NCBI GenBank assembly: GCA_044361745.1
Contig: JBIKIF010000008.1
Location: 133-64,132, forward strand
Length of the DNA: 64,000 bases
Source: Holosporales bacterium
GTDB lineage: Bacteria; Pseudomonadota; Alphaproteobacteria; Holosporales; CAZGKG01
Reading direction: 5' to 3'
The position numbers were made by a program, and so were the translations under genes. The notes beneath the pieces are model-generated. The model made no database searches. It saw nothing but the letters and a program-made list of their open reading frames with translations, and had not been told where the DNA came from. How positions within the stretch are numbered: the first letter of the stretch is position 1; each line of letters starts with the position of its first letter. Shown here piece by piece: positions 10,017 to 19,171 of the stretch.

Positions 10017-12239
10017 CTAAATCTTGGAGACGTCAAGGTTTATCAAAGAATCCAGCCGATCAAGGTCCTTTTTCAGGACGGCAAGACTGTTGGGGTTGGG
10101 CGAGGAAGGGATGGTTTCTCTCAGAGCTCTGATAAAATAAGAAGAATCTGCTTTGACTTCACTTTTTCTGCTTTTTAAAAATAATTTAAGACGGACTGGA
10201 TCGCCCAACTCACACAGAGAAAGCGCTATTTGATCCCGAAGATCCGAGAGAGGAAATTTTTGGGTTTCCATCAAGCGCTCAAAAAGAGTGATCGCTTCAT
10301 CAAATTTTCCAAGCTTGCGCAGAACGGTTGCCTGAAAATAGTCCATCTCTGGGGTTTTTCTATCCGAAGGCAAGCTCTCAAGGGCCTCTTGAAAATTCCC
10401 CTCCTCAAAAAATCCTTTTGCTTTCAAAAAACTTGCACGTGGATGCAACGACACTGGTAAATTTTTCCATTCTTGGGACACAAGCAGAATGGCTTCTCGC
10501 GGAAGGCCTCTCTTGAGATAAGCCTCCACCATTTTCAAAAGAATTGCAGGGTCTGGATTTGCTTTAAGGGTTTCTTTTAAAAATTCATGAGCCAATCGAG
10601 GAAACCCGTTATCAAGAATTATCTGTCCGAGCATCAAAATGATTTTTGTTTTCTTCTCAGGCACGGAGATAAATCTTGTAAACTCACGAAACAAAGCCAA
10701 TTTTTTAACCCAAGACAACAGCGGGTCTTTAAGCGCTCTATCTAACAAAATTTCCGCTTTTTTAGATCCGGATGAATAACGCTCCTGAAGCTTTTGATAC
10801 AAGAGAAGAGCAGATCTGTAGTGACCCTCCTCTCCTTCAAGAGCCGCTATTTTTCTTAAAATGGCTTTTTCAAAAGATGGGGTAAAGGTATGCCATTCGA
10901 TCTCTTTTAATTGTTCTAAGGCGTGTTTAGGTCCAATCTTCCCGACGCTTAAGCTGGCTAAAATAGTCTCAAATTTTGTTTGAACGTCTGCATCATGACG
11001 AAGGCGTGCCCGTGATCGTGTCAGATCTGTAGCATCCTCAAGGGTCGATGGAAGAATAGGTTCAAAAATCAGTTGCTTTTTCAGGGAATCCGCTAATTTT
11101 TGTTGCGCCTCCGTCAACCTATCCGGGAGATTTTTAAACAGAACAGCGGCCTCTTTAGACTGCCCTCCGGTCACAGCTCCTTGGATCGCCAAAAGAAAAA
11201 TATTGCCTAAAAAAGGCTGGGGAAGTTTTTTGATAGCCCCTAGGTGAGCAATCAATCGTTTGACCCCCTCTGGATGTCCATTCTTTAAATAAATCGCCTG
11301 CACCCAAGGGGCTGATGATGGATGGAGAGCTTCACTAGAAAAACAAGATAGGGCTTTTCCAAGAACATTCATCTGCAAAAAAGCCATACCTTTCAGAGTT
11401 TGAACAGAGTTCAAATGAGCAAACTCCGGATTCTTTCTAATGATACCCTTCATCAGAGCTAAAGTTTCAGGGCTTTTTTCCTCTCGAAGGGTTTTCCAGA
11501 TTTTTCTCCAATACGCGGATTTTAAGGGAAGCTCTTTATTTCCGTCCTGAAAATTGGGCAAAAGAGGGTTTTGTGTTTGCCTTGAAAAACCAAGACCTCC
11601 GGGTCTTGAAATTTCAAAAAAATCTTCTTTTGAGGTCATGGAAACTGTGACATCTGACTTGAGGACCAAGCCTTGAAGGCTGGGGGAAAAAACCATATGG
11701 GGCTTTGAAACGCGCGCGCTCAATCCAACACCAGGGTTTTTTGTGAGAATTGTCCAAAGTGCCCGTCCTTCTTTTGGATGATAAAAACGAACCAAAGACT
11801 TTGAGGGAATGGTCAACAGAGCTGTCTGACCATCGGGAGAAGGACTTAAGATGTGCGATGTTAAAAAATGATCTGGCAAACGTGTTTGGCCAACGCTTTT
11901 TTGAAATTCAATATGAACCTTTTCTCCTTCCCCAAAAACCACAGGAGATCGACCTTCAGGCACTGGGAGTCGAAGCAAAAACCCTCCAGACCCCTGGATC
12001 TTTGACGGTCTTGAATTTTTTGAAAATCCCTCAAAGCGAGGGTCAGAAAACTCAGGGAGAATTAAGTGTAAAAATCCATCCTCTTCAAAGGCCGCAAAAG
12101 GAACGTCATTCAGTTCAATTTTTATCAAATCATCGACTGGAGTTTGGGTGATCACAACAGACTGAGAAATCGCCTGAGCCCCTAGGGTCCAAACCGTCAA
12201 GATACAAAAAAAGAGTTTATGAATCATTGTCATCATCAT
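10017..12239 (-). CDS. Secreted/periplasmic helical-repeat (TPR-like) protein of unknown function
   Basis: 740-aa ORF with signal peptide 'MIHKLFFCILTVWTLGAQA'. The C-terminal two-thirds look like helical repeats by eye, and no catalytic motif is recognised. It ends 8 nt before the downstream histidine-kinase start, which suggests an operon. Confidence 0.55.
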   Translation of the reverse strand: MMMTMIHKLFFCILTVWTLGAQAISQSVVITQTPVDDLIKIELNDVPFAAFEEDGFLHLILPEFSDPRFEGFSKNSRPSKIQGSGGFLLRLPVPEGRSPVVFGEGEKVHIEFQKSVGQTRLPDHFLTSHILSPSPDGQTALLTIPSKSLVRFYHPKEGRALWTILTKNPGVGLSARVSKPHMVFSPSLQGLVLKSDVTVSMTSKEDFFEISRPGGLGFSRQTQNPLLPNFQDGNKELPLKSAYWRKIWKTLREEKSPETLALMKGIIRKNPEFAHLNSVQTLKGMAFLQMNVLGKALSCFSSEALHPSSAPWVQAIYLKNGHPEGVKRLIAHLGAIKKLPQPFLGNIFLLAIQGAVTGGQSKEAAVLFKNLPDRLTEAQQKLADSLKKQLIFEPILPSTLEDATDLTRSRARLRHDADVQTKFETILASLSVGKIGPKHALEQLKEIEWHTFTPSFEKAILRKIAALEGEEGHYRSALLLYQKLQERYSSGSKKAEILLDRALKDPLLSWVKKLALFREFTRFISVPEKKTKIILMLGQIILDNGFPRLAHEFLKETLKANPDPAILLKMVEAYLKRGLPREAILLVSQEWKNLPVSLHPRASFLKAKGFFEEGNFQEALESLPSDRKTPEMDYFQATVLRKLGKFDEAITLFERLMETQKFPLSDLRDQIALSLCELGDPVRLKLFLKSRKSEVKADSSYFIRALRETIPSSPNPNSLAVLKKDLDRLDSLINLDVSKI

Positions 12240-12345
12240 GTATTTGAAAAATCACCCTAAACAAAGAGGAACAATGGAAAACCATAGGGGAAAAGAATTA
12301 AAAAATAAAAAATAAAATGATTGGCAAAATAAAATAAAAAAAGAA

Positions 12346-13158
12346 CTAATTTGCCTTTTTAAGACTTCTGCGCATGAGAATTCCTGCCCCCACAACACAC
12401 AGGCTCACCATCAAAACAATGAGAGATGCCAAGGCATTAATTTGCGGGGTCGCCCCTAAGCGGATACTTGAAAAAATCACCATTGGGAGTGTGGAAAAGC
12501 CTGGACCCGATGTAAAACTTGCGATCACAAGATCATCCATAGACAAAGCAAAAGCCAAAAGCCAACCCGAAAAAAGCGCTGGAGAGATAATGGGAAGGGT
12601 AATCAGAAAAAAAACCCGCGATGGACGTCCTCCTAAATCAAGCGCTGCCTCTTCAAGGGAGGCATCCACCTCTAGAAGACGGGCCCGGATAATCACCGTG
12701 ACATAGGCCAAAGCAAGAGTTGTATGGGCAATGGTAATCGTTTGAATGCCACGACCCAAAGGCCATCCCAAAATATTTTCTGTCGTCACAAAAAAAACAA
12801 GAAACGCCAACCCTGTGATCACTTCAGGCATAATTAAAGGGGCTGTCCCCATAATTCCCAAAAGACTCCATCCTCTGAACTCTCGAATGCGCACCAAAGT
12901 GAGGGCACACAACGTTCCGAGCACAACAGAAAGAGTCGCAGAAACCACAGCTACCCTTAAACTGACTAAAAAAGCACGCAACAACATGGTGTTTTTGAAC
13001 AGGGATTCATACCAATGAAAGGAAAACCCATCAAACGTTGTCATTGCGGAAGAGGAATTGAATGAAAATAAAACAACAAAAAGAATAGGGGCGTAAAGAA
13101 AGACGTAGCCTAAAATCATAAACATACAGATGGAAAAAGATCTACGCTGATACATCAA
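12346..13158 (-). CDS. potC: Spermidine/putrescine ABC transporter permease (PotC/PotI-like)
   Basis: 270-aa six-TM ORF. It carries the EAA loop 'LEEAALDLGGRPSRVFFLITLP', the N-terminal 'YAPILFVVLFSFN' and 'SMDDLVIASF..GPGFSTLP'. Confidence 0.85.
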   Translation of the reverse strand: MMYQRRSFSICMFMILGYVFLYAPILFVVLFSFNSSSAMTTFDGFSFHWYESLFKNTMLLRAFLVSLRVAVVSATLSVVLGTLCALTLVRIREFRGWSLLGIMGTAPLIMPEVITGLAFLVFFVTTENILGWPLGRGIQTITIAHTTLALAYVTVIIRARLLEVDASLEEAALDLGGRPSRVFFLITLPIISPALFSGWLLAFALSMDDLVIASFTSGPGFSTLPMVIFSSIRLGATPQINALASLIVLMVSLCVVGAGILMRRSLKKAN

Positions 13159-13206
13159 TCACCCAGAGACTCTCTTGATGAACTATAAAACCTGAGGAAT
13201 CAAAAT

Positions 13207-13845
13207 TTAAGCTCCCCAATAAACAGCTCTTTCACGAACATCCATATGAATAAAACAATCTTGGGCTTTTGAATAAAGGCCCACCCCGCCGGCACGAAAA
13301 GAACAGGCCGCCTTATGAGCATTTTTCAAGACGCGAACTGGGAATCGAACATCAATCGCCTTCCCAAGGACATGAAGACTTTTCTTTGCAACACCACGAC
13401 TTTTTCTAGCAAGCATCAGATTCGTCTTAGGAGATCGATAGCCACAAATCACATCCATTGCTTGGGTATAGCCTAATTTCAATTTGAGAGAATGAATAAG
13501 ATCCACCAGCCGAGGATCAATCGCTTGCACATCTCCCGTCCGCCAATCCCTGAGGAAATGGTTGAGCTTCCTCATGGCAGATGGAATATAATGATCTTTT
13601 TCCCAATAGGGCCCTCTAAAGAATTCACCCGTATGGGTGTTGTGAAGATTCAACACTCTACTCGTGAGAGATTTGGGAAGAATGAGAGAGAACGCAGGGG
13701 CAGGAACCAGTAAAGAGCATGCAACACCTGAACCAAGTGTCAAAAAATGTCGACGGGATAAATTTTCCACACTCACTCCTCTCTCTCTCAATCTTCTTGA
13801 GAAGGCTAGCCTTTTTAAAGCTGAAAAACAACCTAACCTTTTCAA
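13207..13845 (-). CDS. DUF882 / peptidase M15A family protein (YcbK/MepK-like murein endopeptidase), Tat-exported
   Basis: Twin-arginine signal 'SRRHFLTLG'. Motifs 'GYRSPKTN', 'SLHVLGKAIDV' and 'FIHMDV' fit the zinc-ligand pattern of the family. Confidence 0.8.
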   Translation of the reverse strand: MKRLGCFSALKRLAFSRRLRERGVSVENLSRRHFLTLGSGVACSLLVPAPAFSLILPKSLTSRVLNLHNTHTGEFFRGPYWEKDHYIPSAMRKLNHFLRDWRTGDVQAIDPRLVDLIHSLKLKLGYTQAMDVICGYRSPKTNLMLARKSRGVAKKSLHVLGKAIDVRFPVRVLKNAHKAACSFRAGGVGLYSKAQDCFIHMDVRERAVYWGA

Positions 13846-13898
13846 AAAAATCCTATGAATTTCTTAAAAAAAACGGTCTGAGAAAATTGGACTCTCGC

Positions 13899-14085
13899 TG
13901 TGGATGACTTTTATGACAGTGTGGATAACTTCACGCTCCCCTCACACAAGGAAAAAAGTCAACATTAAAAACAATTTTATCCACAGACTTAAAAATCACC
14001 CACAGGGCTGGGGATAAAATCTTCGTACAATAATGTTTCCAAAAGAATATCTGTGTACTATTCTGTGGATTAACGGATATCCCCA
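13899..14085. other. Putative chromosomal replication origin (oriC): DnaA-box cluster upstream of hemE
   Basis: Two 9-mers match TTATCCACA exactly (or its complement): 13920-13928 TGTGGATAA and 13977-13985 TTATCCACA. Three have one mismatch: 13899-13907 TGTGGATGA, 14009-14017 TGGGGATAA and 14064-14072 TGTGGATTA. Two have two mismatches: 13996-14004 TCACCCACA and 14077-14085 ATATCCCCA. AT-rich stretches flank the cluster (13951-13995, 14101-14140). The cluster lies in the divergent intergenic region next to hemE, which is the origin-linked gene in Caulobacter, Rickettsia and other alphaproteobacteria. Confidence 0.65.
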
Positions 14086-14147
14086 TGCAGCAGATGGGAC
14101 TACTACTATTACAACCTTATATATCTTTATAAAGAAGAAGAGAGCTC

Positions 14148-15152
14148 ATGGATTTTCTAAAACCTTTTCAAGGAGATCTTTTGTCCGTTCCTCCCCTTTG
14201 GCTTATGCGGCAAGCAGGACGCTGTCTTCCAGAGTATCTTAAAATACGCGCACAATTCCCTTCTTTTTTAGATCTGGTTTTAACGCCGGAAGCGGCTGCA
14301 GAAGTGACGCTTCAGCCAGTTCGTCGCTTTGATTTTGATGCAGCTATTTTATTTTCCGACATTCTGATCATCCCATATGCCCTGGGACAGCAAGTTGTTT
14401 TTTCTCCCAAACCCCACCTCTCCCCCTTATCCTTAGAAGATCCTGAATTTGGTTTATCTCTCGATCAAATAGAGAGCCGTTTAGAGCCTATTTATGAGAC
14501 AGTTCGTCAGGTAAGGAAAAATCTTTCTCCCCAAAAGGCACTCATAGGATTTGCAGGAAGCCCTTTTACAGTGGCGTCTTATATGCTGGAAGGCTCAGGT
14601 AAAAAAGACTTTATGGAGACTAAACGATTTGCGTTCAGGGCACCTGAAGCATTTCAAAAGTTACTCCATCTCATTTCAAAAACGACCCTTCAGTATCTGA
14701 AAGCGCAGATTGATGCTGGAGTTCAAGTCGTCCAGCTTTTTGAAAGTGCTGGAGGATGTGTTCCTTGGACAGAACTTGAGTCTTGGGTTTACGGTCCAAC
14801 TTCTTGGCTTGTGGAGGAATTAAAAAAAGTCTCTCCCCACACGCCCGTGATCGGGTTTCCTCGTGGTCTTGGGGCTTCTGTCGAAACATACGTTCAAAAA
14901 ACCCGTGTCAATGGTGTCTCTTTAGACACCACAATTGATCTATCAACCCTTTTGGGGGTTCCGGCCGTGATCCAAGGAAACCTTGACCCCGTTGTACTTC
15001 TGGAGGGAGGGCCTCTTCTTAAAAATCATGTGGATCGCATTTGTCAAGCTTGCTCAGATCGGCCATTTATTTTTAATTTGGGCCATGGTGTCTTGCCTGA
15101 GACCCCTCTTTCTCATATAGAAGAGCTTGTTTTTCATGTTAGGAACAGATAA
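14148..15152 (+). CDS. hemE: Uroporphyrinogen decarboxylase
   Basis: N-terminal signature 'PPLWLMRQAGRCLPEY' and 'DAAILFSDILIIP'. Length is 334 aa. Confidence 0.93.
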   Translation: MDFLKPFQGDLLSVPPLWLMRQAGRCLPEYLKIRAQFPSFLDLVLTPEAAAEVTLQPVRRFDFDAAILFSDILIIPYALGQQVVFSPKPHLSPLSLEDPEFGLSLDQIESRLEPIYETVRQVRKNLSPQKALIGFAGSPFTVASYMLEGSGKKDFMETKRFAFRAPEAFQKLLHLISKTTLQYLKAQIDAGVQVVQLFESAGGCVPWTELESWVYGPTSWLVEELKKVSPHTPVIGFPRGLGASVETYVQKTRVNGVSLDTTIDLSTLLGVPAVIQGNLDPVVLLEGGPLLKNHVDRICQACSDRPFIFNLGHGVLPETPLSHIEELVFHVRNR

Positions 15153-15154
15153 AA

Positions 15155-16147
15155 ATGCGGCGAGTAGTCGTTTTACTGAATTTAGGTGGCCCCTCTTCTT
15201 TAAAAGAGGTGAAACCTTTTCTGAAAAGTTTGTTTAATGACCCTGCTATTTTGCCCTATTCTCAATGGGTGCGACGTTTTATTGCTTGGCTGATCGTTCG
15301 TAAACGGCTCCCTAAAGCGACAGAAATTTTTAGAACCCTTGGAGGAGGATCGCCTCTTTTGAAAAATACAGAGGCTCAAGGGGAGGCTCTCCAAGCTCTT
15401 CTGGGCCCGGATTACCGTGTGGTTGTTGCGATGCGTCATGCCCAACCGGATACATCAGCTGCCTTTCTTCAAATGGAAGAATTTCGTCCCCACGAGGTCA
15501 TTCTGTTGCCATTGTATCCTCAGTTTTCTGTGACCACCACTGCATCTTCGTTTGAGGCTTGGGAAGAGGAAGTCAAAAAACACACAGGGTGTAAGCCCAT
15601 TCATCGTATTTGTTGTTATCCAGAAATGACAGGCTTGATCGATGGAATTGTAGATTTAACACTCCAACAAATGAAAACTTTTCAGACCCAGCCCCGTCTT
15701 TTATTTTCAGCCCACGGTTTACCGCAAAGATTGATCAAAGGGGGGGATCCCTATCAAGCCCAAGTGATCAAGACCTACAAACAGGTTCTCAAAAAGCTCC
15801 AAGAAAAACTTGAAAAACCAGTTGATTCTGTGGTTTGTTATCAAAGTCGTGTCGGACCTGAGAAATGGACAGAACCCTCTTTGGATACGGAAATTGAAAG
15901 GGCTTCTTTGGAAAAGATGGGAGTTCTGATTATCCCCATCAGCTTTGTCAGCGAGCATTCTGAAACGTTGGTCGAATTAGATTTGGCGTATCGTGATATG
16001 GCCCAAGCTCTTGGAGTTCCTGAATATGGCCGTGTCCCCACAGTAGATTGCCACCCTGCGTTCATTCAGGGGCTTGCGGATTTGGTGATCTCCCGCACAA
16101 AAACACCTGCCTGTGGCCTTGGATGGACAAAATGCTGGAGACGATAG
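15155..16147 (+). CDS. hemH: Ferrochelatase
   Basis: 'VVLLNLGGPSSLKEVKPFLKSLFNDPAIL', 'LLPLYPQFS' and 'SAHGLP'. It starts 2 nt after hemE. Confidence 0.92.
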   Translation: MRRVVVLLNLGGPSSLKEVKPFLKSLFNDPAILPYSQWVRRFIAWLIVRKRLPKATEIFRTLGGGSPLLKNTEAQGEALQALLGPDYRVVVAMRHAQPDTSAAFLQMEEFRPHEVILLPLYPQFSVTTTASSFEAWEEEVKKHTGCKPIHRICCYPEMTGLIDGIVDLTLQQMKTFQTQPRLLFSAHGLPQRLIKGGDPYQAQVIKTYKQVLKKLQEKLEKPVDSVVCYQSRVGPEKWTEPSLDTEIERASLEKMGVLIIPISFVSEHSETLVELDLAYRDMAQALGVPEYGRVPTVDCHPAFIQGLADLVISRTKTPACGLGWTKCWRR

Positions 16148-16593
16148 GAGATCTCTTAGCCCCTTGGTATCTTGTGCTTAAAAGCATGCATCTGCTTGCC
16201 GTGATTGCTTGGATGGCTGGACTTCTTTATTTACCCCGTCTTTTTGTTTACCACGCTCAAAAAATTTCCTCTCGTGAGATACATACATTATTTTCCCAAA
16301 TGGAGTACCGACTCATCCGGATTATTATGTTGCCCTCGATGCTGACAACATTTTTATTCGGAGGTCTCCTGTTGCTCATTCCAGGCATTGCGCAGTGGGA
16401 TCAATGGTGGATTTATCTCAAACTGGGATTGGTCTTCATCCTGAGTGGACTTCATGGGATGATGGTGTCGTGGCATAAGGCTTTTCGATGGGAATTTTCT
16501 CCCCAGAGTGAACGCTTTTTTCGCCTTGTGAATGAGATTCCATTTGCGATTGCTATTGGTATTGTGTTTCTTGTTTTTCTGAAACCTTTCTAG
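16123..16593 (+). CDS. hemJ: Protoporphyrinogen IX oxidase HemJ
   Basis: Track ORF 16048..16593. HemJ signature 'LKSMHLLAVIAWMAGLLYLPRLFVYH' and 4 TM segments. ATG 16123 or 16132 is the likely start, overlapping the hemH end. Confidence 0.85.
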   Translation: MDKMLETIGDLLAPWYLVLKSMHLLAVIAWMAGLLYLPRLFVYHAQKISSREIHTLFSQMEYRLIRIIMLPSMLTTFLFGGLLLLIPGIAQWDQWWIYLKLGLVFILSGLHGMMVSWHKAFRWEFSPQSERFFRLVNEIPFAIAIGIVFLVFLKPF

Positions 16594-16595
16594 AA

Positions 16596-16901
16596 ATGAG
16601 CGACCCAATGTCTTTTCAAAAAAAAGTGCAAAATTATTTAGACGAATTAGCCAGCACTTTAGAAACGCTTGACTTTGATGTCGATTATGCGGATCTCACC
16701 CTTTCTTTTGCTGTGGAAAATGGGCTTTACCTGTTTAAGGTTCATCAGCTGACTGAAGAAATTTGGCTGTCTTCTCCTCAAAGCGGAGGACACAGATTTT
16801 CCTATGACCCTGAGAAAAAGTGTTGGGTGAATATTCGAAATGGTTTGGAACTAGAGGATTTTTTAACAAAAGAGCTTCATATTTCGTTCTTAAAAACTTA
16901 A
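16596..16901 (+). CDS. cyaY: Frataxin homologue CyaY (iron-sulfur cluster assembly)
   Basis: 101-aa ORF with 'IWLSSPQSGGHRFSYD' and an acidic N-terminal helix 'YLDELASTLETLDFDVDY'. Confidence 0.85.
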   Translation: MSDPMSFQKKVQNYLDELASTLETLDFDVDYADLTLSFAVENGLYLFKVHQLTEEIWLSSPQSGGHRFSYDPEKKCWVNIRNGLELEDFLTKELHISFLKT

Positions 16902-18034
16902 GAATCCATCTGACTAAAAGCACCGGGCAGCCGTGTTCCTTGCTGACGAGAGACGGAGGCTACCAGACCAAACCCCATCATCAGGGTTAAAAGGGATGTT
17001 CCCCCATAAGACATCAGAGGCAAGGGAACCCCAACGACAGGCAAAATGCCCATCACCATTCCCATGTTGATGAACACGTGACAAAACAACATGGAAGCCA
17101 CACCTAAGGTCAAAAGCCTATTAAAAGCATACTTTGCCTCAGAGCCTACGGACACACACCTCAGAAGCAGCAAGCCATACAAAATAATCAGACAGATTGC
17201 ACCCAAAAATCCCCATTCCTCACACAGCATTGTAAAAATAAAATCCGTTTGTTTTTCCGGCAGGAAATTCAAATAACTTTGCGTTCCGTGACCAAACCCC
17301 TTGCCCCAAAATCCTCCCGATCCAATGGCGATTTTAGATTGAAGAATATGGTATCCGGATCCTAAAGGATCTTGAGAGGGGTCTAAAAAAGTGAGAATCC
17401 GTTTTTGTTGATAGGGTTTGAGATAAGTCCAAAAAAAGGGGCACACTCCCGATAAAACAAGGAACAAACTGCCAAATACCCAAAGACGCACTCCTGCGAG
17501 AAAAGTCATCATTCCTCCAATGAGTAGAAGAATAACTGCAGTTCCAAGGTCTGGTTGCTTGAGCACAAGAACAGCAGGGATGAGAACCAAAAGAGAAGGA
17601 ACCCATAAGTGACGAAGCTTAATCGGGCCATGGGACAAAGGGTGAAAATAAGCAGCCAACGCAAGAAGAAGTGCGATCTTCATCAGCTCAGACGGTTGCA
17701 GTTGGAAAACGTACAGATCCACCCAACGCCGTGCCCCCATACCCACAAACCCAAGCAATTCAACTCCAAACAAAAGGGCCAAACAAATCCCGTATAGGGT
17801 GAATGCTTGCGCAAGCCAAAACCGTGTATCCACAAGACTGAAGACCCAAAAAATACCCAATCCAAATACAAAACGAAGTATTTGTTTGAGGGCCCAAGGC
17901 ATCCAATGTCCCCCTGCTGCGGAATACAGCATGACAAACCCCACAGAACTAATGAGGGTCACGAGAATAATCAAATCCGGGGGAAACGTTCCCTTGGTCT
18001 GGAGACGGATGAATGAGAAAAGTCTGATCGACAT
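16898..18034 (-). CDS. rodA: Peptidoglycan glycosyltransferase RodA (SEDS family)
   Basis: FtsW/RodA/SpoVE motifs 'LQPSELMKI', 'QSKIAIGSGGFWGKGFGHGTQ', 'LPEKQTDFIF' and 'PLPLMSYGGTSLL'. No adjacent PBP2 gene. Confidence 0.88.
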   Translation of the reverse strand: MSIRLFSFIRLQTKGTFPPDLIILVTLISSVGFVMLYSAAGGHWMPWALKQILRFVFGLGIFWVFSLVDTRFWLAQAFTLYGICLALLFGVELLGFVGMGARRWVDLYVFQLQPSELMKIALLLALAAYFHPLSHGPIKLRHLWVPSLLVLIPAVLVLKQPDLGTAVILLLIGGMMTFLAGVRLWVFGSLFLVLSGVCPFFWTYLKPYQQKRILTFLDPSQDPLGSGYHILQSKIAIGSGGFWGKGFGHGTQSYLNFLPEKQTDFIFTMLCEEWGFLGAICLIILYGLLLLRCVSVGSEAKYAFNRLLTLGVASMLFCHVFINMGMVMGILPVVGVPLPLMSYGGTSLLTLMMGFGLVASVSRQQGTRLPGAFSQMDS

Positions 18035-18097
18035 ATCAAAAACCTACAGATCCCTTAACGACTAAGAAGTCCAATTTGCGGGGCCTGAACATTGAGA

Positions 18098-18901
18098 TTA
18101 TGCCCGAAGGAGGGTATTGATCTCGGTTTTAGCCCGTGTCTTAGCATCGACCTGCTTAATGATAATGGCACAATCAATCCCAAGAGATGGATACTCAGGA
18201 GTTGTATAGGTGCCTGGAACCACCACAGAATAGGCAGGAATACGCCCTTGGAACGTTTCCCCCGTTTCTCGGTGAATGATTTTTGTTGAGGTCCCTACCA
18301 TCACTCCCATGGCAAGCACAGAGCCTTCTTCGACAATCATTCCTTCTGCAACCTGACAACGGGCACCGATAAAACAATTGTCTTCAATGATGACAGGAAT
18401 AGCCTGAGCGGGCTCCAGAACCCCCCCAATGCCTACACCACCAGCTAGGTGACAGTTTTCTCCAATTTGGGCGCAGGAGCCGACACGGACATCTGTATCA
18501 ATCATTGTGCCAGATCCCACGTACACCCCTGTATTGATAAAAGAAGGCATGACCACACACCGAGGCCCAATAAAGGACCCCCAACGCACGATGGCTCCAG
18601 GGACAAGACGAAACCCACTTTTTTCAAAGTCAGGGATGGTCCAGCCGGAACATTTCAAAGGGAGCTTATCGTAGAACGGGGCACTGGGATCCCCTAAAAG
18701 CTGGGAAGGCACTTCCGAAAAATAAGATAAAATAGCCCTTTTGACCCATTCATGGGTCTGCCAACCAAGGGACGTTTTTTCGGCCACACGGATCAGCCCT
18801 TGATCAAGGCCTAGAAAAACTTTTTCAAGAACCTGAAATCCACAGGGCAGTTTCTGCTCCCAAGCGTGATCAACCGCTTCTTGGAGCTCTTTTAAATCCA
18901 T
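18098..18901 (-). CDS. dapD: 2,3,4,5-tetrahydropyridine-2,6-dicarboxylate N-succinyltransferase
   Basis: 267-aa ORF with left-handed beta-helix hexapeptide repeats ('GVYVGSGTMIDTDVRVGSCAQIGENCHLAGGVGIGGVLEP') and a DapD-type N-terminal domain. Confidence 0.9.
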   Translation of the reverse strand: MDLKELQEAVDHAWEQKLPCGFQVLEKVFLGLDQGLIRVAEKTSLGWQTHEWVKRAILSYFSEVPSQLLGDPSAPFYDKLPLKCSGWTIPDFEKSGFRLVPGAIVRWGSFIGPRCVVMPSFINTGVYVGSGTMIDTDVRVGSCAQIGENCHLAGGVGIGGVLEPAQAIPVIIEDNCFIGARCQVAEGMIVEEGSVLAMGVMVGTSTKIIHRETGETFQGRIPAYSVVVPGTYTTPEYPSLGIDCAIIIKQVDAKTRAKTEINTLLRA

Positions 18902-19022
18902 TATTTTTCTCCCTTTTCTTCTTAAACAGTCTTTCCAAAATTAGAGATCTGTGTCAAGAATGGGCCCTTGTCTGCTTAAGAGTTTTGCAAGATTCTTTAG
19001 CTTAACTTCGAAGGCGGATAAG

Positions 19023-19107
<85 letters not shown>

Positions 19108-19171
19108 ATAAGTCTGGGGCTTTCTTTCTTCCAGAAGGAAATGTGAGAGGTTGTAATTAGGCGTGGGGAAC

